A DNA stretch of 32,000 nt from contig OW818675.1 of NCBI GenBank assembly GCA_942493095.1, positions 2,820,001-2,852,000 of the forward strand, written 5' to 3'. The translations under genes were made by a program, and so were the position numbers. The notes beneath the pieces are model-generated. The model ran no database searches. It saw nothing but the letters and a program-made list of their open reading frames with translations, and was not told the origin of the DNA. Positions 14,135 to 21,592 of this stretch are shown here, one piece after another (the first letter of the stretch is position 1; every line of letters begins with the position of its first letter). The stretch comes from Candidatus Electronema halotolerans (GTDB lineage Bacteria; Desulfobacterota; Desulfobulbia; Desulfobulbales; Desulfobulbaceae).

Positions 14135-14971
14135 TCAAAACCAGAAATACAACAGGAGCAGGGCATTGACAGGCAGCAGCACTGTTCGGATGCGTCTGTC
14201 CCATGCGTCGCTGCGGGCTTTGCTGGCAATGGTTTGGAGCAAATCAGGCACCTTGCTCCGGGCGGGCAGAAGAGCGACAAAGGAAGGAAATTCAAGGCGG
14301 CGGGTCGGCTTGATGAACAGACGGCCATCGCGGTTCAAGGCTAATCTGCCCTGCGCCACGACAGGGTCGCCTTGCAGAAGAAACTGTTCAGCAACTTGGT
14401 ATCTTTTATATTTCCTCATATCCTGCGTGGCTGCCGCTGCCGGACAGCTTCCCTGCGTCTTTTCTGTGCTGCGCAGGGCCAGCCAGTTCTTGGTGAAATC
14501 CTCAGCCTTGACATACACCTTCCCGGCCTTGTCAGTCAGCTCAAGCTCGGCGGCAGACTGTTCACGCAGCAGGGGCTTGCGCTGCGTTTCCAAACCATTG
14601 GCTGGTTTTTTCTTTTTTGTCTCCCATTCAGCAACCACAGTTGCCAAGCAATAAGCGCATTCCTTGCCGCTGAAAGGCAGGCGATGTGTCTGCGCCGCCG
14701 CAATTTTGCCGGTGAAGCGGACATAGCAGTCAATCTTGTCAGGACTGAACGAATCAGGATGTTCCGCCATCCATGCCCTTTTCTTGAACGCGCCAATCTT
14801 GCGCCATTCCCGGAAGGCCAGCGCTGTCAGCCCGACAGGGATGATGCAGGAGAAGAAAAGTTGAAGAAAGTCGCGCTCAGAATTGGGCCAGTCGCGAAAC
14901 CACAGTCCGACATATTGAAGACCTGCTGTCAGCAGCAGGTAAAATATGCTCTTGCCTATCACTGCGACCAT
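14135..14971 (-). CDS. Three-TM membrane protein with GIDE-like topology (tentative)
   Basis: ATG at 14971 lies 8 nt after GGAGG. There are two N-terminal TM helices (IFYLLLTAGLQYVGLWF, LFFSCIIPVGLTALAF), a ~190-aa soluble middle part and a C-terminal TM helix (VLLPVNALLLLYFWF). Confidence 0.55.
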   Translation of the reverse strand: MVAVIGKSIFYLLLTAGLQYVGLWFRDWPNSERDFLQLFFSCIIPVGLTALAFREWRKIGAFKKRAWMAEHPDSFSPDKIDCYVRFTGKIAAAQTHRLPFSGKECAYCLATVVAEWETKKKKPANGLETQRKPLLREQSAAELELTDKAGKVYVKAEDFTKNWLALRSTEKTQGSCPAAAATQDMRKYKRYQVAEQFLLQGDPVVAQGRLALNRDGRLFIKPTRRLEFPSFVALLPARSKVPDLLQTIASKARSDAWDRRIRTVLLPVNALLLLYFWF

Positions 14972-14992
14972 AAGACCAGCCTCCTGCCGTGT

Positions 14993-15397
14993 TCAGCCGT
15001 TGTTGTTGTTTCCGTTGTTATTGTTGTTATTGTTGTTATTGTTATTGTTGTTGTTATTGCTGCTGAAGCCGGAATCCCAGCCTCCTGCCGCCGCGACCAT
15101 GTCCTGTTCATCTTCCGGGCCAAGATAGTAGAGCGGGTCAAGGCGGGTGATCCGTTCGCCGTCAAAACGGAGATAGTCCGCACCATCGCTGCCGGGCAGG
15201 GTTTCCGCTGTGCTCAAGCCGTCAACAGTGAACAGATACAAGGTGTTGCTGCGGAAGAGCACGTAAGGATATTTGCCTGCCTGAGAAGAGAAGTGCTGCC
15301 GCACCTGTGATCGTGCCCGCGCCCTGTCCTTGATGCCAGTCTGCATCAGGTAGCTGTCTAATTTTTTGTCCACTGCTGCTGCGGGCTGGCTCATCAT
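14993..15397 (-). CDS. Hypothetical soluble protein ending in a poly-asparagine tract
   Basis: AGGAG lies before the ATGATG at 15397/15394. The 134-aa product ends ...GWDSGFSS-N15-G-N4-G. It lies 22 nt upstream of the membrane-protein gene on the same strand. Confidence 0.6.
   Translation of the reverse strand: MMSQPAAAVDKKLDSYLMQTGIKDRARARSQVRQHFSSQAGKYPYVLFRSNTLYLFTVDGLSTAETLPGSDGADYLRFDGERITRLDPLYYLGPEDEQDMVAAAGGWDSGFSSNNNNNNNNNNNNNNNGNNNNG
14999..15058 (-). repeat. Imperfect AAY trinucleotide repeat (19 Asn codons) including three perfect 9-nt units
   Basis: The gene-sense reading is AAT AAC AAC AAC AAT AAC (AAT AAC AAC)x3 GGA AAC AAC AAC AAC. The three AATAACAAC units occupy 15014-15040. 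Confidence 0.95.
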
Positions 15398-15556
15398 GAA
15401 CTCCTGTGTTTCGATTTATATTTCGCTCTCATTGTAGTCTGTTTTTCTCTGCCGCCGCAAGAAGCAAGCGGTGAACGATGCCATATTTCTGTGACAGAAT
15501 CCGCTTTTCCTGTAAACTGCCTGCTGGAATCCATCAACCCGCAGGCAAGGAACCAG

Positions 15557-17338
15557 ATGTCGAAGATACGCATTCTCTCAGATCAGCTCGCCAGCCGGAT
15601 TGCTGCGGGCGAGGTTGTGGAGCGGCCTGCTTCGGCGGTCAAGGAGCTGCTGGAAAACGCCCTTGATGCCGGGGCCGACCGGATCGACATGCAGGTGGAG
15701 GGCGACGGCACCCGTCTGATCCGGGTGGCGGACAATGGCTGCGGCATGGACCACGACGACGTGCTGCTCTGCTTGGAACGTCACGCCACCTCCAAACTGC
15801 ATGAGGCAAGCCAGCTCGAAGTTGTCACCACTCTCGGCTTTCGCGGCGAGGCCCTGCCCAGCATCGCCTCGGTCTCACGGCTGATCATCCTTTCCCGGCT
15901 GCGCAACAGCGGAGTCGGCACCCGGGCTGAAGTGCGCAGCGGCATTCTCCACGATGTCCATGAGGACGGCTGCGCCTATGGCACCGTGGTTGAGGTGCGC
16001 GGCCTGTTCAGCAATGTTCCGGCCCGGCGCAAGTTTCTCAAAAGCAGGCGCACTGAGCTGGCTCATATTGAGGAAGTGGTGCGCAGCCAAGCCCTTGCCT
16101 GCCCGGAGATCAGCTTTTCCCTGCTCATTGACAGCCGCACTGTGCTTGATCTGCCTGCGGCCAGCCCGGAAGAGCGGCTGCGGGCTGTCTGCCGCTGCCC
16201 AGCCGCGACGCTGCTCGAACTGACCGGAGAAGGCGCAGTGACAGTCAGAGGCTGGCTGCTCCTGCCGGAAGAGAGCGGTGCTGTGCCGCTGCGGCTCTGC
16301 GTCAACAGGCGGCCTGTGCAGGACCGGCTGCTCCGCCAGGCAGCGGCAGAGGGGCTGCACGGTCTGCTGATGACAAGGCAGCAGCCTGCTGGTGCGCTCC
16401 TGCTGGAGCTGGCCCCGGAATCAGCTGACATCAATGTTCATCCGGCCAAACGGGAAATCCGCTTCCGCAAGGCTGGCGAAGTGCAGGCCGCAGTGGTGCA
16501 GGCAGTGCAGGCGGCAGTGCAACGGCATCAGGAGCGGCTGCGTGCCCGCTTCTTTGCCGTTGGGCCGAACGATGATGCAGGGGCGATTCATGAATTGCCC
16601 CTGCAGCAAAAGTGTTGCACACTTGTAGGGGCGAAAGATTTTTCGTCCCTGCTGCCTCCACAAAATATCTACGTCGCCGAGCCGCAGCCGCCGTTCCGAG
16701 AACAATTTGCCATGCCGCCGGAAACGTCGGTCGCCGCGAGCAGCCCTCCTCTGCTGCTTGAGCCGGAACAGCAAGGCAGGCTGCGGCTGATCGGGCAGTT
16801 CGCCAAGCTCTACCTGCTCTGCGAGCTGGAGGACCAGCTGGTGGTGATTGATCAGCACGCTGCCCACGAGCGCATTCTTTATGAGCAGCTTAAACAGCAT
16901 TATGAGCAGCAGTCTGCCAGCCAGAGCCTGCTCTTTCCAGTCACTGTTGAGCTGGGGCCGGAGCAGGCCGAGCTGCTGGAGCAGGAGGCGGCAACCGTGG
17001 CCAAGCTGGGCCTGACAGCGGAATTTTTTGGCGGCAGCACCTGGCTGATCAAAGCCCTGCCTGCCGCAGTCGCGCATCTGCCTGCCGAGGAGGTGCTGGA
17101 CGACATGCTCACCGCTCTGGCGGCCAAGCTGCCTGACTGCATTGACAAGCTCTTTGCCTCCTTGGCCTGCAAGGCGGCAGTCAAGGCTGGAAACCGCCTC
17201 CAGCCGCCGGAGATGCTGGCTTTGCTCGAAGCAATGGGCGGCAGCGCATTCTTCTCCCATTGCCCGCATGGCCGCCCAGTGCTGAAAACTTTTTCCCGGC
17301 AGGAGGTGGAAAAATGGTTTCTGCGCAGCAGAAGTTGA
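15557..17338 (+). CDS. mutL: DNA mismatch repair protein MutL
   Basis: MSKIRILSDQLASRIAAGEVVERPASAVKELLENALDAGA is the canonical GHKL N-terminus. The C-terminal domain has IDQHAAHERILYE and FSHCPHGRP. ATG at 15557 follows AAGGAA. Confidence 0.92.
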   Translation: MSKIRILSDQLASRIAAGEVVERPASAVKELLENALDAGADRIDMQVEGDGTRLIRVADNGCGMDHDDVLLCLERHATSKLHEASQLEVVTTLGFRGEALPSIASVSRLIILSRLRNSGVGTRAEVRSGILHDVHEDGCAYGTVVEVRGLFSNVPARRKFLKSRRTELAHIEEVVRSQALACPEISFSLLIDSRTVLDLPAASPEERLRAVCRCPAATLLELTGEGAVTVRGWLLLPEESGAVPLRLCVNRRPVQDRLLRQAAAEGLHGLLMTRQQPAGALLLELAPESADINVHPAKREIRFRKAGEVQAAVVQAVQAAVQRHQERLRARFFAVGPNDDAGAIHELPLQQKCCTLVGAKDFSSLLPPQNIYVAEPQPPFREQFAMPPETSVAASSPPLLLEPEQQGRLRLIGQFAKLYLLCELEDQLVVIDQHAAHERILYEQLKQHYEQQSASQSLLFPVTVELGPEQAELLEQEAATVAKLGLTAEFFGGSTWLIKALPAAVAHLPAEEVLDDMLTALAAKLPDCIDKLFASLACKAAVKAGNRLQPPEMLALLEAMGGSAFFSHCPHGRPVLKTFSRQEVEKWFLRSRS

Positions 17339-17389
17339 AAAGCATCTGCGTTTCTGGCTGAATAAGGGGAGCAATCTGAAACGAAATTG

Positions 17390-17398
17390 TGTTATAAT
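17390..17398 (+). promoter_or_regulatory. Extended -10 promoter element (TGTTATAAT) upstream of the gltD-family gene
   Basis: TG-N-TATAAT lies at 17390-17398, about 100 nt upstream of the ATG at 17497. No good -35 element is present. Confidence 0.45.
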
Positions 17399-17496
17399 AG
17401 TGGAATATTTTTCTTGATGTCTTTACATTTCATGCTGTTATTGAACATATTCCACTTTTGTGAATATGCACGATAAATATTTTCAGGAGCAACCCA

Positions 17497-18918
17497 ATGA
17501 ACACCAAAGAACGGATGGCCATTCCCCGCCAGCATCCTCATGAACTTACGCCCGCTGACCGGATCAAAGGATTCGCAGAAGTCACGGCTGGTTACGACGA
17601 GAAAACCGCCCTGCTGGAGGCGAACCGCTGTCTGCAATGCAAGAAGCCCGCCTGTGTGCAGGGCTGCCCGATTCATAATGACATCCCCGGCTTCATCGCT
17701 CTGCTGCGGGAGAAAAAATTTGAGGAAGCCTATTGGAAGGTGCGCGAGACCAGCACCATGCCCTCGGTCTGCTCCCGCGTCTGTCCGCATGAATTTCAGT
17801 GCGAGGGAAGCTGTGTCCGGGGCAAAAAAGGCGAGCCAGTGGCCATCGGCATGCTGGAGCGCTATCTGACCGATTGGATGGTGGCCAACCGCAAGTCTCT
17901 GGCTCATGCCTGCGCCATGCCCAATGGCCGCAAGGCCGCCATTGTCGGCTCTGGTCCGGCAGGCATCACCGCCGCCTACATCCTTGCTCATCAGGGCTAT
18001 AAATGCACGATTTACGAGGCCTTGCCGGTCTTTGGCGGCATGCTCTCCGTCGGCATTCCTCACTACCGCCTGCCCCGCGACATCATCGGCGCGGAGCTGG
18101 CCTCGCTCAAAAGCTGCGGCGTGGAGATCAAACTCGGTGTGACCATTGGCAAGGACAAAACCTTGCAGGAGCTGCGCGAAGACGGCTATGAGGCGGTGTT
18201 CATCGGCATTGGTACTCATGCGGGCAAGCGGCTCGGCATTGAGGGCGAGGAGGACACCAAAGGCGTGCTGCACGGTGTTGATTACCTGCGGCGGGTGCTG
18301 ACCGGCGAAGAGGTCAAGATCGGCAGAAAAGTGGTGGTGGTCGGCGGCGGCAACGTGGCCATTGACGTGGCCCGCACTGCCTTGCGCACCGGCTCGGATC
18401 AGGTCTTCATCCTCTACCGCCGCACAAAAGAGGAGATGCCCGCATCAAAAGAAGAAGTGCGGCACTTGGAGGAGGAAGGGGTGCGGATCGAGTTCCTCGC
18501 CGCGCCGGTCAAGGTTCATGCTGATGCTGACGGCCAGATGACCGGGCTGGAGTGTGTGCGGATGAGCCTAGGTGAGGCGGACGACTCAGGCCGCCGCCGC
18601 CCGGTGATGATCGAAGGCTCAAACTTTGTCATTGAGGCGGATGCGGTCATTCCGGCCATCAGCCAGACAGTGCAGCATGAGGCGGACGCAGGCACGGACT
18701 TGAAGCTGGAATCGTGGGGCACGTACTCGGTCAATCCCCGTACCCTGCAAACCTCGGTGCCGTGGATTTTCGCAGGCGGCGATGACGTGCTCGGCCCGCA
18801 GACAGCGGCCAAGGCGGTCTATCAGGGCAAAGTGGCGGCAGAATCCATGCAGCGGTATATGGAAGGCCTTGACCTTGAAGAAGGGCGCACGCTGTCCTGC
18901 TACATGGTGACGTGGTAA
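17497..18918 (+). CDS. NAD(P)H-dependent oxidoreductase of the glutamate synthase small-subunit family (GltD/GltA/SudA-like)
   Basis: N-terminal Fe-S motifs (RCLQCKKPACVQGCP and CSRVCPHEFQCEGSC) followed by two Rossmann motifs (AIVGSGPAGITAA and VVVVGGGNVAIDVA). RBS is CAGGAGC. Confidence 0.85.
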   Translation: MNTKERMAIPRQHPHELTPADRIKGFAEVTAGYDEKTALLEANRCLQCKKPACVQGCPIHNDIPGFIALLREKKFEEAYWKVRETSTMPSVCSRVCPHEFQCEGSCVRGKKGEPVAIGMLERYLTDWMVANRKSLAHACAMPNGRKAAIVGSGPAGITAAYILAHQGYKCTIYEALPVFGGMLSVGIPHYRLPRDIIGAELASLKSCGVEIKLGVTIGKDKTLQELREDGYEAVFIGIGTHAGKRLGIEGEEDTKGVLHGVDYLRRVLTGEEVKIGRKVVVVGGGNVAIDVARTALRTGSDQVFILYRRTKEEMPASKEEVRHLEEEGVRIEFLAAPVKVHADADGQMTGLECVRMSLGEADDSGRRRPVMIEGSNFVIEADAVIPAISQTVQHEADAGTDLKLESWGTYSVNPRTLQTSVPWIFAGGDDVLGPQTAAKAVYQGKVAAESMQRYMEGLDLEEGRTLSCYMVTW

Positions 18919-18959
18919 GGGACAGCTCACTTCTTGAGGAGAAGATGCAGGGCAGGCGC

Positions 18960-18999
18960 GAGCGTTGATTTTGTCCGAATTTCAACAAAATCAACGCTC
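18960..18999. other. Perfect 15-bp-stem hairpin between convergent genes, with no U-tract
   Basis: GAGCGTTGATTTTGT (18960-18974), a 10-nt loop, then ACAAAATCAACGCTC (18985-18999). A second 9-bp hairpin GCCGCAGGC...GCCTGCGGC follows at about 19031-19066. Confidence 0.6.
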
Positions 19000-19109
19000 A
19001 TGCCGTACATCTGACTGTCCTCCGCCCGTGCCGCAGGCTGAAGGTCAGGGCTGCATGCCTGCGGCCAAGTGTCATCAGTGACCCAAGCATTGAGATGCAA
19101 CGAGTTAAA

Positions 19110-20117
19110 CTATCGTTGTTTTTTCTCCTCCGCCTTGTCAGGCGCTTTCCAATTGCTCCCCAGAACCTTCACTTCCTGGGGAGTGTAGGATTTGATGACA
19201 ATCGGCTCATGACCGGAAATGCTCACACTGGAGACCTCCACTGGAGCTTTGCGCGGCAGCGGCGCATCGCCGACCTGCACAGAGGCGGTGAACAGCAGGG
19301 ACAGGCTGTGAGAATTAGCGGCCAGACGTTCCGGCAGACTGGCAAAGACAGAAACAGTGTCCGGTTCAAAGGAAACCTGCGCCGCCGCATCGGCAGCCTT
19401 GATCGGGATATTGTAAACAATTTTCTCAACAAACTTTTCCTGCACTGTGATCTTGGCCGCCACTGAGGTCTCGCCGATCAGGCTCATCAGCTCTGAGGAA
19501 AGTGCCAGATTGACAGGGATTGTTTCTGACCGCGTCCGGCCTTCCAAATCAATGGGCACGGTTTTCAAGGCCGTCTGCTGCTCCAAAAGGGATTGCGGCC
19601 CGGAGACAAGAATCTTGTCCGGTGAGAGCGTGACCTCTTTGAGCGCATACCCCAGTCCAACCTTGCCTTTGATCTGCGCTTCCACAGGAATATTCCGCTG
19701 GGCCAGTTGGTCAATGGACAGCGTGATGCTGGCCGGTTGAATCCGCAGCACAGCAATGCCGCTGGGCAGCTGGAAGGGCAGGCTGTCGGTGCTGAGGACC
19801 ACCGTGTCAGGCACGGCCTGCGACAGATCAACCGGCAGGGAGAGATTGCGGTTGCGCATTTCCTGCATGATGGTGCGGGGGCCGCGCAGCGTCACCTCCA
19901 CCTCCTTCTGATACTGGTTGTAGATAACCAGCTGTTTCGGCAGGTTGAGAATCTCAATTGGCACGGTCAGGGTCATGTCCATCTGATCCGCGCCCACCAC
20001 CAGCAGCCAGATCAGGATGCCAAGGCCGAGCGAGACCAAGATCAGCAGCAGTTCCTGGCAGTTTTTCCGCGTATTATTTTTTTTCAGTTTCACGACCGGA
20101 CTTTTCGGTTGCTCCAT
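19110..20117 (-). CDS. cdaR: YbbR-domain protein CdaR (diadenylate cyclase regulator)
   Basis: N-terminal TM anchor (LLLILVSLGLGILIWLLVV) followed by repeated YbbR-like beta-rich modules. It overlaps the cdaA 3' end by 28 nt, the usual cdaA-cdaR arrangement. Confidence 0.75.
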   Translation of the reverse strand: MEQPKSPVVKLKKNNTRKNCQELLLILVSLGLGILIWLLVVGADQMDMTLTVPIEILNLPKQLVIYNQYQKEVEVTLRGPRTIMQEMRNRNLSLPVDLSQAVPDTVVLSTDSLPFQLPSGIAVLRIQPASITLSIDQLAQRNIPVEAQIKGKVGLGYALKEVTLSPDKILVSGPQSLLEQQTALKTVPIDLEGRTRSETIPVNLALSSELMSLIGETSVAAKITVQEKFVEKIVYNIPIKAADAAAQVSFEPDTVSVFASLPERLAANSHSLSLLFTASVQVGDAPLPRKAPVEVSSVSISGHEPIVIKSYTPQEVKVLGSNWKAPDKAEEKKQR

Positions 20118-20911
20118 TTTTTCCAGAAAGGATTTTTCTGTTTTGGGATCAGCAGAATGTCTTTGAGAACAGTCTCCAGCTTTTCCTCATCCCGCATGGG
20201 CGTGATGCAGCCGCCTTGGACAATGGAAATTTCCTGCGTTTCCTCAGAAACCGTGATGATGACCGCATCCGTCATTTCCGACAGGCCCAGCGCGGCCCGA
20301 TGCCTCATGCCGTAGCGTTTGTCAACCGCGAGATTTTTCGACAGGGGCAGGACGCAGGCGGCGGAATGAATGCGGCCTTTCTTGATCACCACCGCGCCGT
20401 CATGCAGAGGTGATTTGGTGTGAAAAATCGCCACCAGCAGCTCCTGCACCAGCTTGCTGTCAATGATGAAGCCGGTTTCAATATATTCTTGGAGACCGGT
20501 TTCCCGCTCAATGATGATCAGCGCGCCGATGCGCCGCCGCGACAGTGTGACAGCGGCGGAAATGATCTGGGTCAGGCTGTCCGCAGCGATCCTGCCGCTC
20601 TTCATGAACGGCGTTCTGCCCATTTCAGTCAGGGCGCGGCGGATATCATCCTGAAAAATGATGACAATGATCAGGAGAATGGAACTGAGCAGCGAGCGGA
20701 GCAGAAGCTGGAGGGCCAGCAGGTCCAAGGTGGTGGAAAGAAAATAGAGCAGGGCGACGACTAATGCGCCGACCAGCATCTGCACGGCCCTGGTGCCCCG
20801 GATCAGGAGGATGATCCGGTGGACAATGAAGGATACGATCAGAATATCAACGATATCCTGCCAGCGGAGCGGATTCGGGAGGCTGAAGTAGCTGAACAGT
20901 TCGTGGTGCAT
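20090..20911 (-). CDS. cdaA: Diadenylate cyclase CdaA/DacA (c-di-AMP synthase)
   Basis: Three N-terminal TM helices and a DAC domain with GALIIIERETGL, PLHDGAVVI and HRAALGLSEMTDAVIITVSEETQEISI. Confidence 0.88.
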   Translation of the reverse strand: MHHELFSYFSLPNPLRWQDIVDILIVSFIVHRIILLIRGTRAVQMLVGALVVALLYFLSTTLDLLALQLLLRSLLSSILLIIVIIFQDDIRRALTEMGRTPFMKSGRIAADSLTQIISAAVTLSRRRIGALIIIERETGLQEYIETGFIIDSKLVQELLVAIFHTKSPLHDGAVVIKKGRIHSAACVLPLSKNLAVDKRYGMRHRAALGLSEMTDAVIITVSEETQEISIVQGGCITPMRDEEKLETVLKDILLIPKQKNPFWKKWSNRKVRS

Positions 20912-21142
20912 GAACAGAGAATGAAAAAATGCGCGTCAAAGCAGATTAAAAATTACCATTTTTGTATAACATGCTGCTCTGATTCTGAACAGGGTAAAAA
21001 AGAAGCAGCGCCGATTTTTTTTCAGGAATGGCAAAATAAAAAGCAGGCAGGTCAGTTCCAGCTTGACACGCGAAGATTGGTTCGGTAGAGAATTGTTCAG
21101 CTGCATTTTTCTCTGACACCTTTACCCTGCGCCGATGCCGCC

Positions 21143-21592
21143 ATGATTGTGGAACAGCACTGCTTGAAAAAACGATTGAAACCTGGCGTGGGTCGTTCCG
21201 CGCATCTCTTTGCCGCCCCGTTCATCTGGACAGCGGTCGGCATAGTCCTGATGGAGCGGGGGCTGGGCTGGATGGGCCTGCACCTGACCCTGCGCCTGCT
21301 GCTCATCGCCCTGCTGGCTGGAACCGCCAAATCCCTGACCGTGCTGGACCGGACCGCCAAGAAAGGGCTGCGCCGGATCATGGGCTTTGGCGACAGCACC
21401 TGCATTGGCGCAGTTTATCCTTGGAAAACATGGCTCTTGGTTGTGCTGATGATGGTGCTCGGCATCACCCTGCGCAAACTGACCCATCCCGGCGCAATCA
21501 TCGGCGCGATCTATTTTGCCATTGGCTGGGCGCTGCTGTTGTCGAGTCGGCATGGCTGGACGCAGTGGCTGCGGCAGATCGGCCGCAAATGA
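21143..21592 (+). CDS. Hypothetical four-TM membrane protein
   Basis: 149 aa and hydrophobic. Its TGA overlaps the alr ATG (ATGA at 21589-21592). Confidence 0.5.
   Translation: MIVEQHCLKKRLKPGVGRSAHLFAAPFIWTAVGIVLMERGLGWMGLHLTLRLLLIALLAGTAKSLTVLDRTAKKGLRRIMGFGDSTCIGAVYPWKTWLLVVLMMVLGITLRKLTHPGAIIGAIYFAIGWALLLSSRHGWTQWLRQIGRK

Noticed and set aside
13368-14654. 428-aa plus-strand ORF, the longest unexplained ORF in the track
   Set aside because: It lies entirely antisense to the well-supported glmU-like and membrane-protein genes. Its translation is low-complexity and Arg/Leu/Ser/Ala-rich with no motifs. This is a typical shadow ORF of GC-rich DNA.
14372-15310. 312-aa plus-strand ORF with a VVVSVVIVVIVVIVIVVVI run, and ORF 14946..15128 with a poly-Leu run
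   Set aside because: The homopolymer-like runs are simply the antisense or frame-shifted reading of the AAY repeat. Both ORFs are antisense to the minus-strand genes, which have good RBSs.
16421-17374. 317-aa minus-strand ORF
   Set aside because: It is antisense to mutL, whose frame carries unambiguous MutL motifs. It is a shadow ORF.
17401-17417. Possible sigma-54 promoter TGGAAT-N-TTGA upstream of the gltD-family gene
   Set aside because: The GG-to-downstream-element spacing is off by 2 nt from the TGGCAC-N5-TTGC geometry, and the -12 GC is absent.
17392-18273. 293-aa minus-strand ORF
   Set aside because: It is antisense to the gltD-family gene, which has clear Fe-S and Rossmann motifs. 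It is a shadow ORF.
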